Source of the DNA: Lonepinella koalarum
GTDB lineage: Bacteria; Pseudomonadota; Gammaproteobacteria; Enterobacterales; Pasteurellaceae
Reading direction: 5' to 3'
Length of the DNA stretch: 64,000 nucleotides
Assembly (NCBI GenBank): GCA_030525745.1
Contig: JAUNED010000002.1
Coordinates: 46,222-110,221, forward strand
Shown here piece by piece: positions 56,036-64,000 of this stretch. Position 1 is the stretch's first letter. Each line of letters starts with the position of its first letter. The notes beneath the pieces are model-generated. The model worked only from the letters and a program-made list of their open reading frames with translations, did no database searches and was not told the origin of the DNA. The translations under genes and the position numbers were made by a program.

Positions 56036-57705
56036 ATGAGCCAACAGCCAACAGCCAACAGCGTGATCTCAACGCTGCCACAAGTCAAGCCTTTTTAAAC
56101 GATCTCGACCAAACCCTTTGGACAGCCGCCGACAAGCTGCGTAAAAACCTAGACGCCGCCAATTACAAACACATCGTTCTTGGCTTTATCTTCTTAAAAT
56201 ACATCTCCGACAGCTTTACCGATTTCCAAGCCAAGCTAAAAACCCAACTCACCACGCCCGAAAGCGAACTCTATCTTGACCCTGCACTATTTGACGCACA
56301 AGAATTTAGCCAAATTCTTGCCGAAGAGTTGGAACAGCGGGATTACTATGCAGCCGAAAACATCTTCTGGGTGCCGGAGCAAGCCCGCTGGGACAACATC
56401 AAATCATTAAGCAAACTCAATCTTGGCGATGAATTGCCTTGGGGAGACAAATTTAAAGGTGTCAGCCGCTTGATTGATGATGCCTTTGAAGCCATCGAGC
56501 GAGAAAACCCCAAACTCAAAGGCGTACTCCAACGCATTGCCGGCTTTGGCGTGCCTGATGAAATGCTCACAGGCTTGATTGACCTGTTCTCACGCACCAA
56601 TTTCACCCAGCCGATGCACAATGGCGAACCCGTCCATCTGCAAGCCAAAGACATTTTGGGACACGTCTATGAATACTTTCTTGGACAATTTGCCCTTGCC
56701 GAAGGCAAAAAAGGCGGTCAATACTTCACGCCCAAATCCATCGTTACCTTAATTGTTGAAATGCTCGAACCCTATTCAGGGCGGATTTACGATCCGGCAA
56801 TGGGCAGCGGTGGATTTTTTGTGCAAGCCGACCGCTTTATTCAGGCTCACGCTGGCAACCGCAACGCCATTTCCGTTTATGGGCAAGAATCCAACCCCAC
56901 CACCCGCAAACTGGCGGTGATGAATATGGCAATTCGTGGCATTCCCTTTGACTTTGGCGACAAACCCGAAGATACCCTGCTCAACCCCCTGCACATCGAC
57001 AGAAAAATGGATGTTGTGATGGCAAATCCGCCCTTTAACCAAAAAGAGTGGTGGAGTGAAAGCCTAGCAAACGACCCACGCTGGGCATACGGCACACCGC
57101 CGCAAGGCAACGCCAACTTTGCGTGGCTGCAACATATGATTTACCACCTCTCCCCCAAAGGCAAAATGGCACTCCTGCTCGCTAACGGCTCAATGAGCAG
57201 CCAAACCTCAGGCGAAGGCGACATTCGCAAAAACATCGTGCAAGCCGACCTTGTCGAAGCGATGATTGCCCTGCCCAATCAGCTATTCACCAACACCCAA
57301 ATCCCTGCCTGCATTTGGATTATCAATAAAGCCAAAGCCAGAAAAGGTGAAGTGCTGTTTATCAACGCCACCCAAATCGGCTATATGAAAGACCGCGTCT
57401 TGCGTGATTTCACCGTTGATGACATCGCCAAAATCAGCGACACCTACCACAACTGGCAAAAACAGAACGGCTACGAAAATATCCCTGCGTTTTGTTATTG
57501 TGCCACGCTGGACGAAATCGCCAAAAACGATTTTGTGCTGACCGCAGGGCGGTATGTCGGTGCGATACAAGAAGAAGATGACGGCGTGCCGTTTGCAGAA
57601 AAAATGCAGGAATTGACTGCTTTATTAAATGAACAATTTAAACAGGGGCAGGAATTGGAACAGCAAATCGTAGAGAATTTAAAGGGATTGGGATATGGCA
57701 TTTAA
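56036..57705 (+). CDS. hsdM: Type I R-M methyltransferase subunit HsdM, interrupted. The ATG frame stops after 20 codons; the conserved HsdM N-terminus continues in the +2 frame (possible phase-variable OFF state or frameshift pseudogene)
   Basis: The ATG at 56036 has a GAGGA SD 8 nt upstream. In its frame MSQQPTANSVISTLPQVKPF is followed by TAA at 56096. The frame that carries LNDLDQTLWTAADKLRKNLDAANYKHIVLGFIFLKYISD…NPPF… (N6-adenine MTase motifs) is open from 56026 to 57705 but has no ATG before 56329. The (CCAACAG)3 tract lies between them. Confidence 0.8.
56039..56061 (+). repeat. Heptanucleotide simple-sequence repeat (AGCCAAC/CCAACAG) x3.3 at codons 2-9 of hsdM
   Basis: Read directly: ag CCAACAG CCAACAG CCAACAG cg. 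Four or one copies would fuse the ATG to the HsdM frame. Confidence 0.75.
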
Positions 57706-58999
57706 TCAGTATGTATTTTCAGATATTGTTGAATTAATATCCGAAAAAGTAAAAATTAAAGACTTAAAAAAAGAAAACTATATTTCGACAGATAATATGC
57801 TGCCTAATTTTGGCGGAATAACACCTGCTGAAAATCTTCCAAATTCAAATTCTTGCAATAGGTTTGCCAAAAAAGACATTTTGTTTTCCAATATAAGAAC
57901 CTACTTTAAAAAAGTTTGGCTTGCTGAATTTTCAGGTGGTTGTTCTCCTGATGTTTTGGTAATGCGTAGTAAAAATACAGATATTTTATTAAATGAGTAT
58001 TTATTTTTACTTATCCGTTCTGATGATTTTATTAACTTTACAGTTATATCAGCAAATGGGGCAAAAATGCCTCGCGGCGATAAAAATGCAATGAAAAATT
58101 TTCTTTTCAATATCCCAAGTATTGAATATCAAAAAAAATGTATTGCCAATTATTTTGCCTTTGACCAAAAAATCCAACTCAACACCCAAACCAACCAAAC
58201 CCTAGAAGCCATTGCACAGGCGATATTCAAAAGCTGGTTTGTGGATTTTGACCCTGTGCGTGCCAAAGCAGCCGCCCTAAGCGAAGGCAAAAGCGAACAC
58301 GAAGCCAACCTTGCGGCAATGTCGGTGATTTGTGGCAAAGACACCAGCGAGTTAAACGACACCGAATACAAAGCGCTTTGGCAAATCGCCGAAGCCTTCC
58401 CAAGTGAGCTTGTGGAAAATGAACAATTTGGCGAAGTGCCGAAGGGGTGGGAAGTGAAGCCGCTAGATAATATTGCCAATTACCAAAATGGTTTGGCTTT
58501 ACAAAAATTCCGACCTGAAAATAATGAGACTTTTTTGCCTGTCGTTAAAATTGCACAATTACGGCAAGGTTATGCAGATGGAGAAGAAAAAGCAAGTGCT
58601 GATATAAAACCTGAATGTATTATTGATAATGGAGATATTATTTTCTCTTGGTCTGGTACCTTAATGGTTGATATATGGTGTGGCGGTAAGGCTGCCTTAA
58701 ATCAGCATTTATTTAAAGTTACATCAAATCATTATCCAAAATGGTTTTATTATCTTTGGACAAAGTACCATTTAGCTGAATTTCAACGAATTGCAGCAGA
58801 TAAAGCAGTAACAATGGGACATATTAAGCGTGAGCATTTATCACAAGCATTGTGTGCTGTGCCTGATGATAATTTTTTAAACTTGTACAACTCTATCAGC
58901 AATGTATTAGATTTAATTATCGCAAATAGAATTGAAAATTTTGATTTAGCTAAAACAAGAGATTTTTTATTACCTAAATTGTTGAGTGGGGAGGTTTAA
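57695..58999 (+). CDS. hsdS: Type I R-M specificity subunit HsdS (two target-recognition domains)
   Basis: 434 aa. Overlaps the hsdM stop by 11 nt. AT-rich TRD1 (about 57700-58150), GC-rich conserved central region (about 58150-58480), AT-rich TRD2. C-terminal conserved LPKLLSGE. Confidence 0.85.
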   Translation: MAFNQYVFSDIVELISEKVKIKDLKKENYISTDNMLPNFGGITPAENLPNSNSCNRFAKKDILFSNIRTYFKKVWLAEFSGGCSPDVLVMRSKNTDILLNEYLFLLIRSDDFINFTVISANGAKMPRGDKNAMKNFLFNIPSIEYQKKCIANYFAFDQKIQLNTQTNQTLEAIAQAIFKSWFVDFDPVRAKAAALSEGKSEHEANLAAMSVICGKDTSELNDTEYKALWQIAEAFPSELVENEQFGEVPKGWEVKPLDNIANYQNGLALQKFRPENNETFLPVVKIAQLRQGYADGEEKASADIKPECIIDNGDIIFSWSGTLMVDIWCGGKAALNQHLFKVTSNHYPKWFYYLWTKYHLAEFQRIAADKAVTMGHIKREHLSQALCAVPDDNFLNLYNSISNVLDLIIANRIENFDLAKTRDFLLPKLLSGEV

Positions 59000-59001
59000 T
59001 T

Positions 59002-59904
59002 ATGAACCAAAAAGAAATCATTAAACAAGAGCAACAAGCATTACTGGAAAATGCTTGCTCGTCTTTACAGCTTGGAATTGATGACTATCTTCTTTCAGAA
59101 GAAAATAAAAATAGAAGATTATCATCTGTTCGTAATTTTATCAGTGGATTATTACTTCTCTATAAATACAAGTTATTTATTGAAAGCAAAGGAGATGACC
59201 CATATGAGTTTATCCGAGCAAGAAGAAATAATAGTACCTCTAGACCAGTACATACTGTTAATGTAAAAGATATCAAGAGCAAACTAAGTTTTCTCAATAT
59301 AACAATCAATGAAAATTTGCTAGATAGTGTAATTTCTGCAAGAAATAACTTAGAACACTTTTTCTTACCAGAAGAAACCAACCCAATAGAGATTATCCAT
59401 CAATCTTATATTTTACTATCTGAATTTTTTATTCAATATTTATCTGAACTAGGGACACTTGAAGAGTTTATATCATCTACATACTATAAAACTCTATTAG
59501 ATATAGATGAAGCATATAAAGAAATAGAAAAGCAGTGCCAAAATAGTTTAAATAAAATTGATGATTATCCTACTTATGATGTTGAAGATGTATTATTAGA
59601 AAATGCAAGATGCCCTTTTTGTAAATCATCGTTAATAAAATATGAAGATGGAAATTACCCAAATTTAAAATTTAGTTGTTATGGGTGTAATAAAGGTAAG
59701 TATCTTGACATTTATGAGTTATTAGGAATTACACATCGTGTTATTCGTCAAGGAGGAGATATTCGTTCAATTTGCTATGATGAAGATTGTGGTGATGTTA
59801 ATGTCATAGATGGGGTTTGTTTTACTTGTGGATACAAACATGACCCAAATAGAGATTATGAAAGTGAAGCTCGTTTAAAGTATTTAGCAAATAAAGATGA
59901 TTAA
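59002..59904 (+). CDS. Uncharacterised 300-aa protein embedded in the R-M operon. Candidate HEPN-like domain (R114-x4-H119: SARNNLEHF) plus a C-terminal double zinc ribbon (CPFC…CYGC, CYDEDC…CFTC)
   Basis: The ATG is 2 nt after the hsdS stop (TAATTATG), so it looks co-transcribed and coupled. Very AT-rich. No Walker motifs. Four CxxC pairs in the last 90 aa. An R-x4-H motif closes an N-terminal helical region. Confidence 0.65.
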   Translation: MNQKEIIKQEQQALLENACSSLQLGIDDYLLSEENKNRRLSSVRNFISGLLLLYKYKLFIESKGDDPYEFIRARRNNSTSRPVHTVNVKDIKSKLSFLNITINENLLDSVISARNNLEHFFLPEETNPIEIIHQSYILLSEFFIQYLSELGTLEEFISSTYYKTLLDIDEAYKEIEKQCQNSLNKIDDYPTYDVEDVLLENARCPFCKSSLIKYEDGNYPNLKFSCYGCNKGKYLDIYELLGITHRVIRQGGDIRSICYDEDCGDVNVIDGVCFTCGYKHDPNRDYESEARLKYLANKDD

Positions 59905-59980
59905 ATCCTTAGGATAATAAATTTCCCATACAATCAATAATCGGTTAAAAAATTAAGAATTTTTCAATTTATAAAATGGG

Positions 59981-60294
59981 TGTACGCAGTACGCCCCTAC
60001 AATCGGAGTTCTAATTTATACATGAGCGAAAATAATGTTCCTTCAGGATTTTAATTTACATTTAAACCAAAATAATGCTCGAATGTAGGGGCGTATGTCA
60101 TACGCCCACAATAACATAAATCCCAACGGATAAACGTGAATAATGTTCCGTTTAAGCGTACGCTGTACGCCCAAACAATCGGGTTTTTAAATTTATATTT
60201 GAGCAAGAATAATGCTCATATGTAGGGGCGTATTGCATACGCCCACAATAACATAAATCCCAGAGGGTAAACCTAAATAAAACATCATGTTCCC
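59981..60294. repeat. Tandem duplication of a roughly 140-bp composite element. Two sub-units (GTACGCnGTACGCCC…AATCGG…GAGC.A.AATAATG.TC and AATAATGCTC..ATGTAGGGGCGTAT..CATACGCCCACAATAACATAAATCCCA..GG.TAAAC)
   Basis: Unit 1 is 59981-60149 and unit 2 is 60156-60294, about 80-90% identical by eye. Each has a perfect palindrome GGGCGTAT-nnn-ATACGCCC (60092-60108 and 60228-60245) and a GTACGC dyad. Unit 2 runs into the brnA 3' end. Confidence 0.6.
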
Positions 60295-60602
60295 GTACGC
60301 TCAGCCTGTTTTAGAAAATCGCTGAGGACTTGATTGATTTTGCTTTGCCAGCCTTTGCCGTAGGCTCTAAAACCTTCTACCACGTTTTTATCCAAACGGA
60401 GGGAGACGGCTTCTTTTTGTGAACCTGTCGGTCTGCCTCGTTTTTTGATGGCGGTAGCAAATTCTGCTGGGCTAACAGGGCGTTCATCTTCATCGATGCC
60501 GTCCCAGACAAAATCTTGATCGTCCGGAATGGCTTTAACGGCGGCGAGCAGCTGTTTTTTGGTTAAGGTTTTATTCGTCAAGGTTTTGTTGTAGGTATTC
60601 AT
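60285..60602 (-). CDS. brnA: BrnA-type antitoxin (BrnT/BrnA type II TA system)
   Basis: 105 aa. Conserved BrnA C-terminal block (…VSLRLDKNVVEGFRAYGKGWQSKINQVL…). Overlaps the upstream brnT by about 30 nt. Confidence 0.75.
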   Translation of the reverse strand: MNTYNKTLTNKTLTKKQLLAAVKAIPDDQDFVWDGIDEDERPVSPAEFATAIKKRGRPTGSQKEAVSLRLDKNVVEGFRAYGKGWQSKINQVLSDFLKQAERTGT

Positions 60603-60864
60603 AATATGCCTCTCTTTCGGCTTTGGACGCTGGGCGAAAACTGATTAATCGAATGCAATTTTCTCGTTCGGTATGGGCTAGGGATAACACCAATAATCGC
60701 CCGAAAGAATAGGCGAATGATTGGGTTCGGACTTCATTATTGCGGATCGTTTCAACATCAAATCGGTAGGGCGAAGATAACACTTCGTCCGCATCGGCAA
60801 AATCTAAACCGTGTTTGGCGAGATTGATTTGACGTTTGTTTTCGTCCCAAATGTAAATTTTCAT
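60571..60864 (-). CDS. brnT: BrnT-type ribonuclease toxin (DUF497)
   Basis: MKIYIWDENKRQINLAKHGLDFADADEVL……RLISFR.A…ER.YYE is the BrnT signature. Start is at the first ATG; the upstream TTG-initiated extension is rejected. Confidence 0.75.
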   Translation of the reverse strand: MKIYIWDENKRQINLAKHGLDFADADEVLSSPYRFDVETIRNNEVRTQSFAYSFGRLLVLSLAHTERENCIRLISFRPASKAEREAYYEYLQQNLDE

Positions 60865-60989
60865 AATTATTGTATATACATAAAATAAATGCAACGACTA
60901 TATTCAACAACCTAACAGAAACAAAATACAAAATCCGATTGGATTGCTATTTTTTCGATCCAGATCCCAAAAATAAAAAAGGACACACT

Positions 60990-63900
60990 ATGCTGATCAA
61001 CGAAAACACCATTGAACAATCCGCCATTGCGACTTTGCAAAGCTTGGGCTGGCAATACACCTACGGCAAAACGATTTTGGCAGGTTTAGAACACGAATGG
61101 CGGGAGCGAACCGCTGAGGTGATTTTAAAGCCGCTACTTGCTGAAGCGATTGCAAAATTCAACCCGAATTTGCCCGCTTGTGAGGTGGAAAATGTGGTGG
61201 CACAGGTGTGCCGTGCCGACAGTGGAGATTTGGTGGAGCGTAACCGTCAGGCTTATGATTGGCTAAGAAATGGGGTCAAAATCACTTATCAGCAAGACGG
61301 CGAGCAGGTGTCTGATGTGGTGCAGCTGATTGATTTTCAGCGTCCAGAAAACAACGATTTTCGCATTGTCAATCAGCTGGATATTGGCGGTAAAAAAGGC
61401 AAACGCATTCCTGATTTGATTGGCTTTGTTAATGGCTTGCCACTGGTGGTATTTGAGCTGAAAAATCCGCTCAAAGAAAATGCCGACATTGGCAAGGCGT
61501 TTGCCCAACTGCAAACCTATAAAGATGAAATTTCTGATTTGTTTGTGTTTAATCAGGCACTCGTGATTTCAGACGGCATTGTCGCCCGTATCGGTTCGCT
61601 GACCGCCGATTTCGACCGTTTTACCCCTTGGCGTGTGGTTGATGAAAAAAATCAGAGCAAACGCATTGTGTTTGAAGATGAACTCACCGCCCTACTGCAA
61701 GGCGTAATGACACCGCAAAATCTGCTGGATTATGTGCAGAATTTTGTGGTGTTTGAACGAGATGGCAAAAACCGCTTGATTAAAAAAATCGGGGCGTATC
61801 ATCAGTTTTATGGCGTGAATGAAGCGGTGGATTGCACCTTGCTTGCCGCCACAGGCAACCGCAAAATCGGTGTGTTTTGGCATACGCAAGGTTCGGGCAA
61901 ATCCCTTTCGATGCTGTTTTATGCCGGCAAAGTATTAAGTCAAGGCTACCTGAAAAACCCGACATTAGTACTCGTTACCGACCGCAACGATTTGGACGGT
62001 CAGCTTTACGCCACTTTTTGCGGTGGTGAGGCACTGCTCAAACAAACGCCAATCCAAGCCGATGGGCGAGACGAACTCCGCTCTGCCCTTGCCAGTCGTT
62101 CAGCAGGCGGTGTGATTTTTACCACCATTCAAAAATTCGGCTTAATGGAGGGCGAGCTTGCCCACCCTGTATTAAACGAGCGGGAAAACATCATTGTGAT
62201 TACCGATGAGGCACACCGCTCGCAATATGGTTTTAGCCAAAAAATCAACCACAAAGGCGAGTATCGTGAGGGGTACGCCAAGCACTTACGCAGTGCATTG
62301 CCGAATGCGTCCTTTATTGGTTTTACCGGCACGCCGATTGCCCTTGATGACAAAGATACCCAAGAAGTCTTCGGTAAATATGTCTCGATTTATGACTTTG
62401 AAGATGCGGTGGAAGATGGGGCAACCGTGCCGATTATTTATGAGCCACGCCAAATCAGCTTAGGCGAAAGTGGCGAGTTTTCCAAAGTGATGGAAGAGGC
62501 ACAACAACTGATTGATGACGATGAAAACAGCTATAACTTCCGCCTGCGTGAAAAACTGCACAGCGTGGATAGCCGTTTGCAGAAAATGGCGGAAGATATT
62601 ATTGCCCATTACGATGAGCGTACCAAACAGCAAGACGGCAAGGCGATGGTTGTGGTGATGAGCCGTGCCATTTGCGTCAAACTCTACGACAAAATCACCG
62701 CACTTCGCCCCGAATGGCACTCAAACGATGTGCTTCAAGGCAGCATTAAAATTGTGATGACAAGCAATGCCAGCGACCCTGCCGAGTGGCAAATACATAA
62801 TCAGGACAAAAAAACCTTAGAAAAACGCTTTAAAGACCCAGACGATCCACTCAAAATCGTGATTGTGCGGGATATGTGGCTGACAGGGTTTGATGCCCCT
62901 TGTTGTAACACAATGTATATTGATAAACCAATGAGCGGACACAACCTGATGCAGGCAATCGCTCGGGTCAATCGGGTATTTCGCAATAAAAGCCGTGAAA
63001 ATGGCGGCTTGATTGTGGATTATGTCGGCTTGACCGATGAGCTGGAAAAAGCGATGAAGCAATACACCAACGCAGGCGGCAAAGAAAAGCCGGTGCGAGA
63101 CATTTCAGCGGTGCTGGAAAAAATGGTGGAACACATCACGGTCATTCGTGGGCAATTTGCCACGCCGATTGACGGACAAGCGGTTGATATTGCCAAAATT
63201 TTGCAAATCAGCGAACCTGCCAAACTGCTCAATGCGATTTTGACATCAGCCAACCATATTCTTGCCCTAGACCGCATTCAGCCAACCGATAACACTGCCA
63301 AAGACAAAACCCCACGCAAAAGCGCTTTTTTACAGTCGGTACGCTTGGCGAAAAAAGGTTATGCTTTGTGTGGGGCAATGAAAGCAGTTGAGCCCTATAA
63401 ACAGGAATTGGCGTTTTATGATGCGGTGCGTGCCACCATCATCAAAAACAGCGCCTCCCCCCGCAATCCTTCGGGTGAAGACCGCTTGTTGCAACTTACC
63501 GCCTTGATGAACCGTGCAGTACAGTCGGACGGCGTGGTGGATTTATTTGATTTGCTGAAAAAAGACCGCCCAAACATCAACCTGCTTTCCGATGAGTTTT
63601 TGGAAACAGTGAAAAACAGCCCAACCAAAGATTTGTGGCTGTCGGCAATGGAGCGTTATCTTGCTGCCAAACTGCGTGAACAAAGCGGTGCCAATCTTGC
63701 CACCAAAAAAGCATTTGAACAAAAACTCAAAGAGGCGATGAACCAATACCACAACCACAATTTAAGCGTATTGGAAATTTTAGAAGAGCTGATCGCCCTT
63801 GCCAAAGAGTTTGAAGCCCGCCAAAAACGAGGGGAAGCGTTGGGACTAAGCCCTGCGGAAATGGCGTTTTATGATGCTTTAGCACGCAACGAAAGTGCGG

Positions 63901-64000
63901 TGCGGGAAATGGGCGATGAAGTGTTGATGAACCTTGCCAAAGACATCACCGACAAATTACGCAAATCCGTCACCGTAGATTGGCAATATAAAGACTCGGT
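60990..64000 (+). CDS. hsdR: Type I R-M restriction subunit HsdR, 3'-partial (runs off the window; hand-translated, so absent from the ORF track)
   Basis: The ATG at 60990 has an AGGA SD 6 nt upstream. The open frame runs to the window end (1003 codons). It carries an N-terminal PD-(D/E)XK region (…VVFELKNP…), SF2 helicase motifs (WHTQGSGKSLSM, VITDEAHRSQ, GFTGTP) and GC-rich codon usage like hsdM. Confidence 0.9.
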   Translation, partial: MLINENTIEQSAIATLQSLGWQYTYGKTILAGLEHEWRERTAEVILKPLLAEAIAKFNPNLPACEVENVVAQVCRADSGDLVERNRQAYDWLRNGVKITYQQDGEQVSDVVQLIDFQRPENNDFRIVNQLDIGGKKGKRIPDLIGFVNGLPLVVFELKNPLKENADIGKAFAQLQTYKDEISDLFVFNQALVISDGIVARIGSLTADFDRFTPWRVVDEKNQSKRIVFEDELTALLQGVMTPQNLLDYVQNFVVFERDGKNRLIKKIGAYHQFYGVNEAVDCTLLAATGNRKIGVFWHTQGSGKSLSMLFYAGKVLSQGYLKNPTLVLVTDRNDLDGQLYATFCGGEALLKQTPIQADGRDELRSALASRSAGGVIFTTIQKFGLMEGELAHPVLNERENIIVITDEAHRSQYGFSQKINHKGEYREGYAKHLRSALPNASFIGFTGTPIALDDKDTQEVFGKYVSIYDFEDAVEDGATVPIIYEPRQISLGESGEFSKVMEEAQQLIDDDENSYNFRLREKLHSVDSRLQKMAEDIIAHYDERTKQQDGKAMVVVMSRAICVKLYDKITALRPEWHSNDVLQGSIKIVMTSNASDPAEWQIHNQDKKTLEKRFKDPDDPLKIVIVRDMWLTGFDAPCCNTMYIDKPMSGHNLMQAIARVNRVFRNKSRENGGLIVDYVGLTDELEKAMKQYTNAGGKEKPVRDISAVLEKMVEHITVIRGQFATPIDGQAVDIAKILQISEPAKLLNAILTSANHILALDRIQPTDNTAKDKTPRKSAFLQSVRLAKKGYALCGAMKAVEPYKQELAFYDAVRATIIKNSASPRNPSGEDRLLQLTALMNRAVQSDGVVDLFDLLKKDRPNINLLSDEFLETVKNSPTKDLWLSAMERYLAAKLREQSGANLATKKAFEQKLKEAMNQYHNHNLSVLEILEELIALAKEFEARQKRGEALGLSPAEMAFYDALARNESAVREMGDEVLMNLAKDITDKLRKSVTVDWQYKDS

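Noticed and set aside
56329-57705. ORF-track hsdM start at 56329 (MEQRDYY…)
   Set aside because: The conserved HsdM N-terminal domain (about 98 aa) continues upstream in the same frame without an ATG. The true gene begins at ATG 56036 and is frame-disrupted at the heptanucleotide tract.
59981-60294. Possible mini-CRISPR array next to a defence island
   Set aside because: Only two imperfect copies, each about 140 bp long. No short identical repeats separated by unique spacers, and no cas genes.
61263-63758. Several 60-95-aa minus-strand ORFs and small plus-strand ORFs
   Set aside because: All lie inside the long hsdR reading frame, which was missed by the track because it has no stop inside the window. 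They are antisense or shadow ORFs in GC-rich sequence.

Overview
This 64-kb window is a Pasteurellaceae chromosome segment, Haemophilus/Aggregatibacter-like. It is AT-rich and carries about 40 copies of the Hin-type uptake signal sequence AAGTGCGGT/ACCGCACTT, often as inverted pairs that form terminators. From 1 to about 55.9 kb it is conserved housekeeping backbone. In order: mukF(partial)-mukE-mukB, a DMT-like membrane protein, sbcB, dedA-family, ycgN, glnS with a tightly coupled small lipoprotein ORF, a macA-macB-tolC/tdeA-like tripartite efflux cluster followed by a membrane protein, cspD, fnr with its own FNR box, uspE, yciU, bioD, recD-recB, a purine permease, usg, ybaK, an orphan AT-rich 285-aa gene, ubiX-purF-cvpA with a PurR box, topA, a LysR regulator, prmB, smrB, tRNA-Leu(UAA) and tRNA-Gly(GCC), pgsA, uvrC, kdsB-ycaR-lpxK-msbA with the competence gene rec2/comEC coupled upstream and a CRP/CRP-S-like site, dksA, pcnB (probably AUU-initiated, as in E. 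coli), folK, fabA, a Lon-like protease, matP, map and erpA. From about 56.0 kb to the window end lies a compositionally distinct Type I restriction-modification island. It reads hsdM, hsdS, an uncharacterised AT-rich 300-aa ORF, a roughly 140-bp tandem palindromic repeat, a convergent brnT/brnA toxin-antitoxin pair, then hsdR, which runs off the window. The hsdM conserved N-terminus is out of frame with its ATG because of a (CCAACAG)x3 heptanucleotide tract, so it is phase-OFF or frameshifted. The embedded ORF has an Rx4H motif and two CxxC pairs, which I read as a candidate HEPN-like RNase with double zinc ribbon. Together with the TA pair inside the R-M operon, this is the most likely novel defence module in the window. 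No CRISPR, IS element, rRNA or prophage was seen.
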